Shown here in pieces: positions 19,842-29,493 of a stretch of DNA of 64,000 nucleotides. The stretch is taken from NCBI GenBank assembly GCA_964460215.1, contig CAYWQM010000011.1, forward strand, positions 1,293 through 65,292, in the 5' to 3' direction. Under the pieces are notes generated by a model that searched no databases, was not told the DNA's origin, and was given only the letters and a program-made list of their open reading frames with translations. This stretch comes from an uncultured Lentisphaerales bacterium (GTDB lineage: Bacteria; Verrucomicrobiota; Lentisphaeria; JABSQK01; CAJWLW01). Position 1 is the first letter of the stretch; the number at the start of each line of letters is the position of its first letter. A program made the translations under genes and the position numbers.

Positions 19842-20972
19842 ATGATGAGCACCACAGTCGGCGAAACAGTCATCGTCCACAAGGACCGGTTCGCCTACAA
19901 CTCGCATCCGTCAATCACCATACTGGACAACGGCGAATGGGTCGCGGCGTTCAATCAATCCCGACGCCGGGAGGGGGAGCTGCTGCATCCGCCCGACGAC
20001 CCCCTCTATCGAACGCTGTTGTGCCGAAGCGCAGACAAGGGCGCCACCTGGGATGAGCCGACATTCGCACCCGGGTTCGATTGGTACGGCACGGAGTGCC
20101 CCGGCATTGCGACCCTCGCCGACGGCACTGTTGTGCTCAGCCAGTTCCGGTTCGCCTGGTACCCGCTCGAGACGGCCAGGAAACGCCGCGCTGCGGGCGA
20201 GAGAATCTTTTTGAACCTGCCCGAAAGGCGCTGGCCGACATCGTGGATAGACGACTTTACGGATGCAGACTGGTCACGCTCATCCTTCACCTGGGCACGC
20301 GGCTATCACGGGGTCTACGTGCATCTGAGTTCCGACAATGCACGCACCTTTGAGCGGACTGTAAAGCTCGATACGGCAAATTTCGTCGACGGCTACTCGC
20401 GCACCGGGGTTGTTGCACTTGCCGATGGCCGCATTGCCTACGCAGTTACCGAACATCATCCGCCGGTCAACCGGTACACCTATCTGTTTATGTCGAGCGA
20501 CGGCGGGGCGCACTGGGATGCTCCGATCGTGATCTACGATGATCCGGACCGCCAGTTCGGCGAACCGGATCTTGCCGAAGTCAGCCCCGGCGAATTATAC
20601 TGTGTGCTGCGTTGCCCGGTGCCGTTCATGTACGGATGCCGGTCGACGGACGGCGGCCTTACCTGGAGCCACCCCGAACCCACGGATCTGCGAGGATGCC
20701 CTGGACACCTACTGGTCCTGGATGATGGCCGCCTGCTCTGCACCTACGGCAGGCGGGAAGAACCGTTCGGTATCCGGATGTGCCTGTCCGAGGACGGCGG
20801 CAAGACATGGCTGACGGACAACGAAATTGTGATACGGGACGACCTGCCCAATGGTGATCTTGGCTATCCGACAACCATCGAATACGAATCCGGCACGCTG
20901 TTTGTGTGTTACTACGGACAGACTGACGACGGCGTAACATGCGTGCAGGGAACACACGTCACACTGGACTAA
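19842..20972 (+). CDS. BNR/Asp-box repeat (sialidase-family) protein
   Basis: Five Asp-boxes: SADKGATW, SSDNARTF, SSDGGAHW, STDGGLTW, SEDGGKTW; C-terminal DLGYP. Confidence 0.8.
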   Translation: MMSTTVGETVIVHKDRFAYNSHPSITILDNGEWVAAFNQSRRREGELLHPPDDPLYRTLLCRSADKGATWDEPTFAPGFDWYGTECPGIATLADGTVVLSQFRFAWYPLETARKRRAAGERIFLNLPERRWPTSWIDDFTDADWSRSSFTWARGYHGVYVHLSSDNARTFERTVKLDTANFVDGYSRTGVVALADGRIAYAVTEHHPPVNRYTYLFMSSDGGAHWDAPIVIYDDPDRQFGEPDLAEVSPGELYCVLRCPVPFMYGCRSTDGGLTWSHPEPTDLRGCPGHLLVLDDGRLLCTYGRREEPFGIRMCLSEDGGKTWLTDNEIVIRDDLPNGDLGYPTTIEYESGTLFVCYYGQTDDGVTCVQGTHVTLD

Positions 20973-21171
20973 CGCGGCAAAGGCAAATCGCGGCGAAAAA
21001 CAGAATCCGCCGAACGATGCGGCGTGCGCAAGCTGAAACCCAAACTACATTACGGGGCGACGTCAATCCAGTCGGCCCGCCGCATCCGCAACGGCGCTGA
21101 GGAACCGACGTCTTGGTGCCCTTGGCTTATGGGCCTTTTCTCATCGAAAACACAACAGCAGTCCACGAGAT

Positions 21172-21867
21172 ATGTTTGACAGTTACTCCAAAAGGCTACG
21201 TGAAGCAGCCGTGGAACGAAGGGCCACGCACCTACCTCCCTTGAGGTTCATTGTCGTCGCTGCCATTGGTTGCACGCTGGCGTATATCATGCTTGCGATG
21301 GTTATTGTTCCCAAAGACGGGCCTCGAGACTATCACTTTATATACGAGCATGGTGCGATAACGGCGTTGTCAGCCCTTTTCCTTACCGCTGCAAGTGCTT
21401 TTTCCCTGGGAACCATGGTTACGCTCACTCGCGTAAAAGACCCACACAAATGGGTGTGGCTGGTATTGGCAGCTGGTTTTGCATTTCTATCATTGGATGA
21501 ACTGTTGCGATTCCACGAGCGCGCAGGTCGGCTGCTTGAGGCAACAGAAAGTTCAGGATTTTTCAGGAGCTGGAATGATATTATCGTGATTCTATACGGC
21601 ATCTTTGCACTGTTCATGTTAGGCGTCATGTTGCCCGCCTTGATGCGGTCGCCAAAGGTTTTTGAGATGTTTGTGGTTGCCTTTGCGTTTTACGCGATAC
21701 ATACCTTTATTGATTCAACAAATGAACCACCAACTGTGGTTTCGGTCATCTTGGAGGAATCTGCCAAACTCTTCTGTGGCGTTTTCTTGGCAATCGGCAC
21801 ATTTACGGGTTTGATCGGAGCGATTTGGAAACACATAATTGGCAACGCAACACCCAACGATCCATAG
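21172..21867 (+). CDS. Hypothetical integral membrane protein (about 6-7 TM), low GC
   Basis: Alternating hydrophobic helices; LSLDELLRFHE and ILEESAK motifs; sampled 60-nt lines 37-53% GC. Confidence 0.65.
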   Translation: MFDSYSKRLREAAVERRATHLPPLRFIVVAAIGCTLAYIMLAMVIVPKDGPRDYHFIYEHGAITALSALFLTAASAFSLGTMVTLTRVKDPHKWVWLVLAAGFAFLSLDELLRFHERAGRLLEATESSGFFRSWNDIIVILYGIFALFMLGVMLPALMRSPKVFEMFVVAFAFYAIHTFIDSTNEPPTVVSVILEESAKLFCGVFLAIGTFTGLIGAIWKHIIGNATPNDP

Positions 21868-21901
21868 CCATTCGTTGTACCGAAATCGACTATGCCGGTA
21901 A

Positions 21902-22813
21902 TTAACCACCGTTGCCGCCATCCAGGAATCCGGGCTGCTCAAAAGCGGGATTCGGATAGGTGTAGAAGCCTTTATCGGATTTGACCCCGAGCTCGCCGCG
22001 GGCGATCATGTCGTGCAAGAGTTGCGGCGGTCGGTCGGTCGGGTCCCCGGATGCATCGGCATAGACATTCTCGATGTCCTGCACCACATCGAGGCCGATC
22101 GTGTCCATGATCGCACAGGGCCCCAAGCTCGTTTGATGCTTCAGCATCCAGGTGCGGTCAATATCGGCAGCGGTAGTCACGCCCTCATCGAGCATACGGA
22201 GGACCTCCTTCTTGATCACCCGCCAGATGCGGTTGAAGATGAAGCCCATGTGCTCCTTCTGCAGGACGAACGGGATCGCGCGGATCGATTCTGCGAAATT
22301 GCGCATGATCCCGATCGTGGTGTCCGACGTCTCGGCCCCTCGCATGAGCTCGACGAACATCAGCCGCCAGTGCCCCTGCACGAAATGAAAGTTGAGCACA
22401 CGATCCGGGCGTTGCACGGCGCTCTCGATCATCGAGATAGGGATCGATGAACTGTTGGTTGCAAGGATCGTGTGAGCCGGCGCCGCGACGTCGAGTGCAG
22501 CAAATACCTGGCGCTTAACCCCAACATCCTCGGTCACGGCCTCGATCACAATATCAGCACCGGCAACGCTGTCCTCGAGAGCGGTCGACAACTTGATGCG
22601 AGAGAGAATCTGCTCGCGTTCACCGGCGGTGGCCAGGTCGCTCGCAATGTGATCGTCAATCCCCTCCGACGCCTGCTTTGCGGCGGCCCCCTCCAGGAGC
22701 TCCTGTGAGCAATCAACCATCGTCACGTCGAAACCGAATATCGCCGACTGCAGCGCAATGCGCGCCCCAAGCGTACCGGCACCGACAACACAGACATTAT
22801 TGATTTCGCTCAC
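21902..22813 (-). CDS. 3-hydroxyacyl-CoA dehydrogenase family protein
   Basis: VVGAGTLG, IEAVTEDVGVK, ILATNSSS, NFHF, GFIFNRI, GPCAIMDTIGLD, GELGVKSDKGFY; GTG start. Confidence 0.9.
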   Translation of the reverse strand: MSEINNVCVVGAGTLGARIALQSAIFGFDVTMVDCSQELLEGAAAKQASEGIDDHIASDLATAGEREQILSRIKLSTALEDSVAGADIVIEAVTEDVGVKRQVFAALDVAAPAHTILATNSSSIPISMIESAVQRPDRVLNFHFVQGHWRLMFVELMRGAETSDTTIGIMRNFAESIRAIPFVLQKEHMGFIFNRIWRVIKKEVLRMLDEGVTTAADIDRTWMLKHQTSLGPCAIMDTIGLDVVQDIENVYADASGDPTDRPPQLLHDMIARGELGVKSDKGFYTYPNPAFEQPGFLDGGNGG

Positions 22814-23085
22814 CTCTCTGACTCCATGTATATGTGATTGATTACGTCACAATATACCCTACCATGCAACGATTCTATCGCAAATGCGGGATGCCCAAGC
22901 TAGGGTGCACCGGTATCTTGACGGCTGTTTGCAACGGTCCACTGCAGGTAAAACTCTCATCCGTACGTTGCCATACGGCGCTTGAACTTTCTTTGCGGTG
23001 AACTGCCACTGAACAACCGTTGACCTGGCATCGATCACGATTACCTTCTCCCCTGCCACATCCCACTCATTTAAGGAGACTATAA

Positions 23086-23751
23086 ATGGCTTACACCTAT
23101 CCAATCACCCAGATTGCCCTCGATTATCCGACGACGGAAGAAGCGTTGTATTTGGCAGCGATCGCCGTCGAAGCCGGCTTCGACTGGCTCGAAATAGGTA
23201 CGCCGCTGATCACCTGCCAAGGGCTCTCGCCGATCGGCGCAATGGTCCGGGCCTTTCCCGATATGCCGGTTATCGCCGACTACAAAACCATGGATTCCGG
23301 TTTCAAGAACGTCGAGCGCACCAAAGACCAGGGCGGGCATCTGATGACAGTCTGCGCCAACGCCTCCGATGCGACCGTGCGCTCGGCAATCGATGAAGGC
23401 AAGAAACTGGGCATCGACGTAGTCGTCGACACCATCGGCGCCAAGGATCAGCCCGGCCGCGCCAGGCAATGCTGGGAATGGGGCGCGGACTTTATCTATC
23501 TCCACTACAGTGCGGATGAACGGCGCGCCGATGACTCGCGCGACACTACGCCCTGGCTGCCCGGTGTGCTGGAAGTCGTCCCGGGGCCCGTCGGCATTGC
23601 AACTTTCGGTGTCGAAGACGCCGTGTGCGCGGCAAAGATGGGCGCCGAATATTTTGTCATCGGTCATCCGCTGACCGACGGCGACGATCCCCTCGGGGAA
23701 CTCACGCGCTACGTCGATGAAGTCAAAAGCAATTACCGACCGAGAGGATGA
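23086..23751 (+). CDS. HPS/KGPDC (3-hexulose-6-phosphate synthase / keto-gulonate-phosphate decarboxylase) family protein
   Basis: QIALD, WLEIGTPLI, VIADYKTMDSG, VVVDTIG, YLH. Confidence 0.85.
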   Translation: MAYTYPITQIALDYPTTEEALYLAAIAVEAGFDWLEIGTPLITCQGLSPIGAMVRAFPDMPVIADYKTMDSGFKNVERTKDQGGHLMTVCANASDATVRSAIDEGKKLGIDVVVDTIGAKDQPGRARQCWEWGADFIYLHYSADERRADDSRDTTPWLPGVLEVVPGPVGIATFGVEDAVCAAKMGAEYFVIGHPLTDGDDPLGELTRYVDEVKSNYRPRG

Positions 23752-23752
23752 C

Positions 23753-24775
23753 ATGTCAGACACTGCACTTGTAAATTATGCTGTCGAACCGAAAAGCGTC
23801 GAGCTCCGCGAGATTCCAGAACCCACCATCGCTGCCGACGAAGTTTTGCTCGAAGTCGAAGCTGTCGGCGTGTGCGGCAGTGACCTGCACATGTGGCAGG
23901 GGGGGATCAGCTGGACAATGAACTATCCAGTCGTCCTGGGCCATGAGTTCTGCGGCGTCATTCGCCAGGTCGGTGCCGACGTGACGGGCTGGGCAGAAGG
24001 TGATCGTGTCGTCAGTGAAACGTCGGCCGTCATCGATCCGGACAGCCCGCTCAGCCGGCGCGGACTTTACAATCTCGACCCGTCACGGTTAGGGTACGGC
24101 GCTCTGGTCGATGGTGCGATGCGCCGTTACGTGCCCGTGCCGAAACGCATTCTCCACCGCTTGCCGGATAATGTGCCGTTTGAGCATGCAGCCCTTACCG
24201 AGCCGTGCTGTGTCGCCTACAACGCCGTCATCAACAACGGCCAGGTCAAACCGGGACACCGGGTTCTGGTAGTCGGGCCCGGACCGATCGGTATCTTCTC
24301 CGCGCTCATGGCAAAACACGCCGGCGCCGAAGTGGCGGTCGCAGGACTGCCATCCGATACAGCACGGCTGGCTATCGCCGAAGCCTACGGCTGTACGACT
24401 TTGGTAGATGGTGTCGAGGACTGGGCCCGGGAACGGGACGGCCTCGGGTGTGACGGCGTCGTCGATGCGGCCGGTGCGTCCGCCGCATTAAAACTTGCTA
24501 TCGACGTCGTCCGGCCTGCAGGCTGGATCAGCAAAGTCGGGTGGGGACCGCAACCGCTCAATTTCAGCCTCGATCCGCTGGTTCAGAAAAACGTCACGCT
24601 ACAGGGCAGTTTCAGCCACAACTGGCCGATCTGGGAACAGATCATCACGATGATGGCCAACGGCCAGCTGGACGTCGCCCCGGCGATTGGCGGGACATGG
24701 GCATTGAGCGACTGGCATACCGCGTTCGAGACCATGCACAGCTGCGAGATCGTCAAAGCCGTACTGAAACCGTAA
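23753..24775 (+). CDS. Zinc-dependent alcohol/polyol dehydrogenase (MDR family)
   Basis: CGSDLH, LGHEFCG, GPGPIG; the structural-zinc 4-Cys loop is absent. Starts 1 nt after the upstream stop. Confidence 0.9.
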   Translation: MSDTALVNYAVEPKSVELREIPEPTIAADEVLLEVEAVGVCGSDLHMWQGGISWTMNYPVVLGHEFCGVIRQVGADVTGWAEGDRVVSETSAVIDPDSPLSRRGLYNLDPSRLGYGALVDGAMRRYVPVPKRILHRLPDNVPFEHAALTEPCCVAYNAVINNGQVKPGHRVLVVGPGPIGIFSALMAKHAGAEVAVAGLPSDTARLAIAEAYGCTTLVDGVEDWARERDGLGCDGVVDAAGASAALKLAIDVVRPAGWISKVGWGPQPLNFSLDPLVQKNVTLQGSFSHNWPIWEQIITMMANGQLDVAPAIGGTWALSDWHTAFETMHSCEIVKAVLKP

Positions 24776-24780
24776 CTCCA

Positions 24781-25731
24781 ATGCGCGAGTCCAGAAGAAA
24801 GTCGACACCCTCGAAGCGCCGGAAAGGCGACGGCAGGTTGTCACCAGTGGGCAGGGCCATCAGGAACATTGTGACGATTGCAGTGTTCACAGGCACCGCA
24901 CTCATCGCCGCCGACACGCCCTACGCCACGATTGTGCCGAAAGCAATCAGCGAATCCTCCGGGCTGGCAATGAGCTGTAACTATCTGGACGTCATGTGGA
25001 CGCTCAACGATTCGGGTGACAGCGCCCGGATCTTTGCCATCACGACGGACGGCGAAGCCGTGCGCCCCGAAAACGATGCGGGCCATTATCAGGGTATCAA
25101 AGTCCTCAACGCCCGCAACGTCGACTGGGAAGACATCACGGGCGACGATGACGGCAACCTGATCATCGGGGCCTGCGGCAACCATAAGATTCCACGCCGT
25201 GACCTGGCGTTATACGTCATCAGAGAACCCAACCCGCGACTGACCAAGGCCACGTCGGTCATCAAAAAGATCCGCTTTCGCTATCCCGATCAGACCGACT
25301 TCACGCGAACCATAAATAACTTCGACTGCGAAGCGATATTCGCGTGTGGCGGCAAATACTATCTACTGACCAAGCACCGCACCAATACCCGCACGCAGCT
25401 CTACCGATTCGACGACATCGACGAAGAAGCGGAAAATGTCCTGACACTGGTCGGGGACTACGATATTGGCGGCATGGTCACGGCAGCGGACGTTTCGACC
25501 GACGGCAAGCGTCTGGCCGTTCTCACCTACACTGCCGTATGGGTCTTCGCGATCAGCGGCGGCGATGACAACTTCCTGAAAGGCAAGGCATCGCGGTGCG
25601 CCATCTCCATGGGCCAGTGCGAGGCCATCTGCTTCGACGGCGACGACCTGATCGTCTCGAGCGAACAGCGCGGGCTCTACCGAATCAAGCCGGAATGGCT
25701 GGAGCCGGTATTGAGGCCGGTCACGGAATGA
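24781..25731 (+). CDS. Secreted beta-propeller-like protein of unknown function
   Basis: ESSGL, WTLNDSG, NVDWEDI, FDCEAIF, VTAADVSTDGKRLAVLTY, QCEAICF: acidic motifs of a widespread uncharacterised exported family. Start uncertain. Confidence 0.65.
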   Translation: MRESRRKSTPSKRRKGDGRLSPVGRAIRNIVTIAVFTGTALIAADTPYATIVPKAISESSGLAMSCNYLDVMWTLNDSGDSARIFAITTDGEAVRPENDAGHYQGIKVLNARNVDWEDITGDDDGNLIIGACGNHKIPRRDLALYVIREPNPRLTKATSVIKKIRFRYPDQTDFTRTINNFDCEAIFACGGKYYLLTKHRTNTRTQLYRFDDIDEEAENVLTLVGDYDIGGMVTAADVSTDGKRLAVLTYTAVWVFAISGGDDNFLKGKASRCAISMGQCEAICFDGDDLIVSSEQRGLYRIKPEWLEPVLRPVTE

Positions 25732-25754
25732 ATGCACGCAGAGGCCGTCTTTTT

Positions 25755-26237
25755 TCAGGGGATTCTCACGACTTTGAGAGAATGCCCGGTAGCGCTCAAA
25801 AACCGTTCGATATCGCCGGAGGCAATACTTAGCGTGCTCGTGTTCACCAGCGGATGGCAGCGCAGGGTTTCGGCTTCCCACAGTGCCTGATGCACTAAGA
25901 TCTCGACGTCACCCTTGCTGTCGTTGAGCACGGCCTTCAAACTCACCGCGCCCGCGGCATTGCCTAGAGGCCTCTCGAGCCGCTCGGCCGATGCAAAACT
26001 GAGCCGACTCGCCCCGATCGTCTGTGACAACGCTTTAAGATCGACGCTGTGCTCGGCAGCGACAGTCACCAGGAAATGACGCTTGCCCTTGGCATCGCGC
26101 AGGAACAGGTTCTTCGTGTGGGCGCCGGGGAAATCCGCAGGCACATGCTGTACGACTTCCTCGCACGTGTATACCGCTGGATGATCACACCGTTGATAAG
26201 GGATGTTGTGCTGGTCAAGAAATTCGTAGATATCCAT
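25755..26237 (-). CDS. ProX/PrdX (YbaK/EbsC superfamily) aminoacyl-tRNA deacylase
   Basis: MDIYEFLDQHNIPY..HPAVYT, TKNLFLRD, RLSFAS, HPLVNT. The GxxxP loop reads GAVSL. Confidence 0.85.
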   Translation of the reverse strand: MDIYEFLDQHNIPYQRCDHPAVYTCEEVVQHVPADFPGAHTKNLFLRDAKGKRHFLVTVAAEHSVDLKALSQTIGASRLSFASAERLERPLGNAAGAVSLKAVLNDSKGDVEILVHQALWEAETLRCHPLVNTSTLSIASGDIERFLSATGHSLKVVRIP

Positions 26238-26487
26238 CTGTACACTGTGTTGGGGGTTGGCGCACAAGAGCAGAAAAGGAAAAAAGTTATTCATCACGAG
26301 CGGCGCAGCCGCCGTGTTTGAAGGTTTCTCCTCTTGCTGATCCGTGACCTTACACATTGGCTGCAAAACACCGGCCTTCAATCATAGTACTGATATTTGT
26401 ATTGGTAGTCGACCGAGAGATATTCACCCCCCCTCCTGTTGCTTTCGAATCAATCACCACAACGAACGCCACGTAGAGAGAAGAAAA

Positions 26488-26544
26488 ATGGCAGGGCCCA
26501 AGCTCGTCATTATTGGCGCAGGCGTCATGAGGCAGGGCACCTGA
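26488..26544 (+). pseudogene. 18-codon 5' relic of a Rossmann-fold oxidoreductase or GH4-type gene
   Basis: Purine-rich RBS (GAGAGAAG), then MAGPKLVIIGAGVMRQGT*; followed by an AT-rich spacer. Confidence 0.45.
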
Positions 26545-26656
26545 AACGGTGATAAATTTAAGGGCGTTAACGAAATCAATGTAAGGGAATTCTTGATCTC
26601 TGGCTCTATGTTAGCTCCGTTTCACTCAGTTCTCACATATCACAGGTCAGGCTCAC

Positions 26657-27442
26657 ATGTTAAAAGATGACAAACCCTCTCTGCGCCAGAGATTGCAAGC
26701 CGGCGAGATTGTTCTCGGTTCGTGGCTGATGGCGAGCAGCGCAGTGAACGCGGAAATCCTGGCGGACGCCGGGTTCGACTGGCTGGCAGCGGACTGCGAA
26801 CATTCAGATACGTCCATCGAGCAAGTCACCAACATGACGCGCGCCGTGCAAGGACGCAGTACGATGCTGGTGCGCGTCCGCGAGTGCGATACACTGGTGA
26901 TCCGCCAGGTGCTCGATGTCGGCACGGAAGGTGTCATCGTACCGCTGATAGAAACGCCCGAACAGGCGGCGCACGCCGTCCGTGCAGCAAAGTATCCGCC
27001 ACAGGGCGTGCGCGGCTATTCGTTCGGGCGCTCGAATGACTGGGGTACCAATTTTGACGGCTATGCAGCTGCCGCCAACGACCGGATCGTGGTTATCGCC
27101 ATGATCGAATCGGCACTGGCGGTCGAGAACATCGATGCAATCCTTGCCGTCGATGGTATCGATGGTGTCTACATCGGACCGTATGACATGAGCGGTTCCT
27201 ATGGCGTCACCGGCCAGACTAATCATCCGAAAATTATCGAGGCACGACAGCTCGTGCTCGATGCCTGTGCCAACTCGGGCAAGGTCGCCGGTGTGCATGT
27301 CGTGCTGCCGACCCACGAATCCCTGCGTGCGACGATCGCGGAAGGTTTCCGCTTTATCGGTGTCGGTGGCGATATCATGTTCCTTACGCAGACCGGCTAC
27401 AAGTTCGCCGAGCTCGGGCGGCAATGCCGGGAAGAATTGTAG
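26657..27442 (+). CDS. HpcH/HpaI aldolase family (2-keto-3-deoxy-sugar-acid aldolase-like)
   Basis: AGFDWLAADCEHS, VLDVGTEGVIVP, KYPPQGVRG, IAMIESALAVENIDAILAVDGIDGVYIGPYDMS. Confidence 0.92.
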   Translation: MLKDDKPSLRQRLQAGEIVLGSWLMASSAVNAEILADAGFDWLAADCEHSDTSIEQVTNMTRAVQGRSTMLVRVRECDTLVIRQVLDVGTEGVIVPLIETPEQAAHAVRAAKYPPQGVRGYSFGRSNDWGTNFDGYAAAANDRIVVIAMIESALAVENIDAILAVDGIDGVYIGPYDMSGSYGVTGQTNHPKIIEARQLVLDACANSGKVAGVHVVLPTHESLRATIAEGFRFIGVGGDIMFLTQTGYKFAELGRQCREEL

Positions 27443-27592
27443 AAGAGCCCACCAGATGATCTGCCGTTTTGAGCGCCACACCCGCAACGGTCGCGCCCGG
27501 GTTCGCAATGCCGTTCCGTTATGATCTCGATGCTTAGACAAAGATTGGTGTTGCAAAAAAACATTATCGGCGCCGTCAGCTTACATTTTTCC

Positions 27593-27602
27593 GGGGGGGG
27601 GG
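27593..27602 (+). repeat. G10 homopolymer immediately upstream of a TACTAT -10-like box
   Basis: TTACATTTTTCC GGGGGGGGGG CGAGA TACTAT; 68 nt upstream of the ATG at 27671. Confidence 0.8.
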
Positions 27603-27670
27603 CGAGATACTATATAGCTATTATTGAGCGCATAAGGAACCTGTCGTATCGAAGGATACTTACCAGTCGC

Positions 27671-28534
27671 ATGAAGCATTACCGATCCCATTTCACGTTA
27701 ATAGAACTCCTGCTGGTCATCGCCATCATCGCGATCCTTGCGTCCATGCTGTTGCCGGCGCTCGGCAGGGCAAAATACAAAGCCCAGCTCATTGTTTGTG
27801 GCAATCAACTGCGCCAGACCGGCGTCATGCTGCTCACCTACGCGACGAATTCTAATACATATTACCCGGACATGAGCCAGTTGGACACCCACTACACGTT
27901 ATTCTCGAACGCCCTCGGCCGCAACAGCAATCCGCGTATCCAGATGAAGGATTACGTGGCGGACTTTGACGAGATGTTTCAGTGCGTCCTGTCGCCACAT
28001 TTCGGCGGAGTCTCGCTCAATACCGACCTCGATCTCGTTCCGCCCGTCACGACCGGCGCGGCGGGGACCCCGCCCTATCGCTTCATGTACAGCACGTACG
28101 AAAACTGGTTCGGGCACCTGATCGACGAAAGCCAGCCGGGTAGCGGCATGCTGCGTATGGGAGATGAGCCGGAGGTTACCGTTGGCGGGACGACCTACAG
28201 CTTCAGTATCCTCATGGCCGACCTCGACATGTGGCGTAGCGGTGGGCTGAATTGGATGTGGACTGCGCACCCTGACCAAGACGGATTGCTGTCGTTGGTG
28301 AATGAGACCGACGACCATACACCCAATCATCATCTCACCTACAAGCACCACCGAACCAACTGGGAGACGAAGGACTCTCTCAATGTCCGCGGCCCCATGG
28401 ACCGCAACTTCCTTTGGCAAGATGGGCATGTCGAGCTTTGGCCGAATGTCCCCCTCTTTGATCCACGCCTCGTCCCGATCTCAGGACATCCCTGGATCGT
28501 TGCCGGGATCATTAACTACTTCCCCCCCGTTTGA
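27671..28534 (+). CDS. Prepilin-type N-terminal cleavage/methylation protein (DUF1559/pseudopilin-like)
   Basis: [49 protein letters not shown]; C-terminal [10 protein letters not shown]. Confidence 0.85.
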   Translation: MKHYRSHFTLIELLLVIAIIAILASMLLPALGRAKYKAQLIVCGNQLRQTGVMLLTYATNSNTYYPDMSQLDTHYTLFSNALGRNSNPRIQMKDYVADFDEMFQCVLSPHFGGVSLNTDLDLVPPVTTGAAGTPPYRFMYSTYENWFGHLIDESQPGSGMLRMGDEPEVTVGGTTYSFSILMADLDMWRSGGLNWMWTAHPDQDGLLSLVNETDDHTPNHHLTYKHHRTNWETKDSLNVRGPMDRNFLWQDGHVELWPNVPLFDPRLVPISGHPWIVAGIINYFPPV

Positions 28535-28716
28535 CTTGAGCGAATTGCCGGGATCTGCACCGTATGATCGACGTAATGATACCCCCCCCCGGCCGTCGTC
28601 GAACTCGATGGGCTTTCAAGCGGGCTGCCCCTATTCGTCCTTCTTTATAACCTCAGCAATACGTTGTCAGGAAACCCGGATTGCGAGTGAGCACAGGCGC
28701 AGGAAAACCGCCGCGG

Positions 28717-29451
28717 TCAATACCGTGCCGGTTCCTTGGCATCTTCGCCGAGCAGTCGCCGCATCACCGGCGTGGCCCGCTGCCAGACGTCCTCCGACAC
28801 CAGTTCGAGATGGTTCTGCTGGGGGCGGATAAAGGGCCGGCAATAGAAACCAAGCAGCCCCACACGCATGCTGTCAGTGTGGTTCGCACCGCTGCCGTGC
28901 CAGATCAGACCATTGACGATGATCACGTCCCCCTTCGCCCCTTCAAGCTGGATGATGTCGTTGCATGTCTCGTCATGTTTCGGACCGAAGCCTCGCTCAT
29001 GGCTGCCGGGGATAACGCAAGTCGCACCGTTCGCTTTGGTGAAGTCGGTCAGGATGTAGACGCTGTTCGCACAGAAGGTCCAGGACGGTAGGGGCACCGG
29101 CATATCACCCATCGGAAAATCGATGTGTAGATCGGATGGCAGCGCCCCGGGCCCGATCAGGTTTCCCGTAAAACTGCTCAGCACACAGTCGTCACCAAGC
29201 AGGTACTGCTGGAACTCGAGAATCCGCGGGTTAACGATCGCCCGCTCGAAACACTCGCCCTTGTTGACCAGATTCCATACGCGCTGTGACGTGCCGTCAA
29301 GGTAAAGAGCCGATTCGCCGCCGGCAGCACGTTCCTGAGCTGCCAATTCGAGGGTTCGTTCACGCAGTTCATCGGCTGCGTCCGTGCCGATCGCCTGCGG
29401 CAGAACGACGTAGCCATTCTCATCGAGAAATGCTTTTTCATCGGTTGTCAT
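28717..29451 (-). CDS. PhyH-family Fe(II)/2-oxoglutarate dioxygenase
   Basis: FLDENGYVVL, LHID (HxD), DFTKANGATCVIPGSH, KGDVIIVNGLIWHGSGAN..R. Confidence 0.9.
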   Translation of the reverse strand: MTTDEKAFLDENGYVVLPQAIGTDAADELRERTLELAAQERAAGGESALYLDGTSQRVWNLVNKGECFERAIVNPRILEFQQYLLGDDCVLSSFTGNLIGPGALPSDLHIDFPMGDMPVPLPSWTFCANSVYILTDFTKANGATCVIPGSHERGFGPKHDETCNDIIQLEGAKGDVIIVNGLIWHGSGANHTDSMRVGLLGFYCRPFIRPQQNHLELVSEDVWQRATPVMRRLLGEDAKEPARY

Positions 29452-29493
29452 GCGGTCCTCGGGATAGGGTCTGGACGAATAGTATTCGTTCGG

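Noticed and set aside
21016-21086. 9-bp inverted repeat GATGCGGCG/CGCCGCATC resembling an enterobacterial REP
   Set aside because: Short GC-rich match, single copy; compatible with chance.
23086-23751. RuMP formaldehyde fixation (hxlA)
   Set aside because: No hxlB/phi nearby, altered phosphate-binding loop, and it is coupled to a polyol dehydrogenase.
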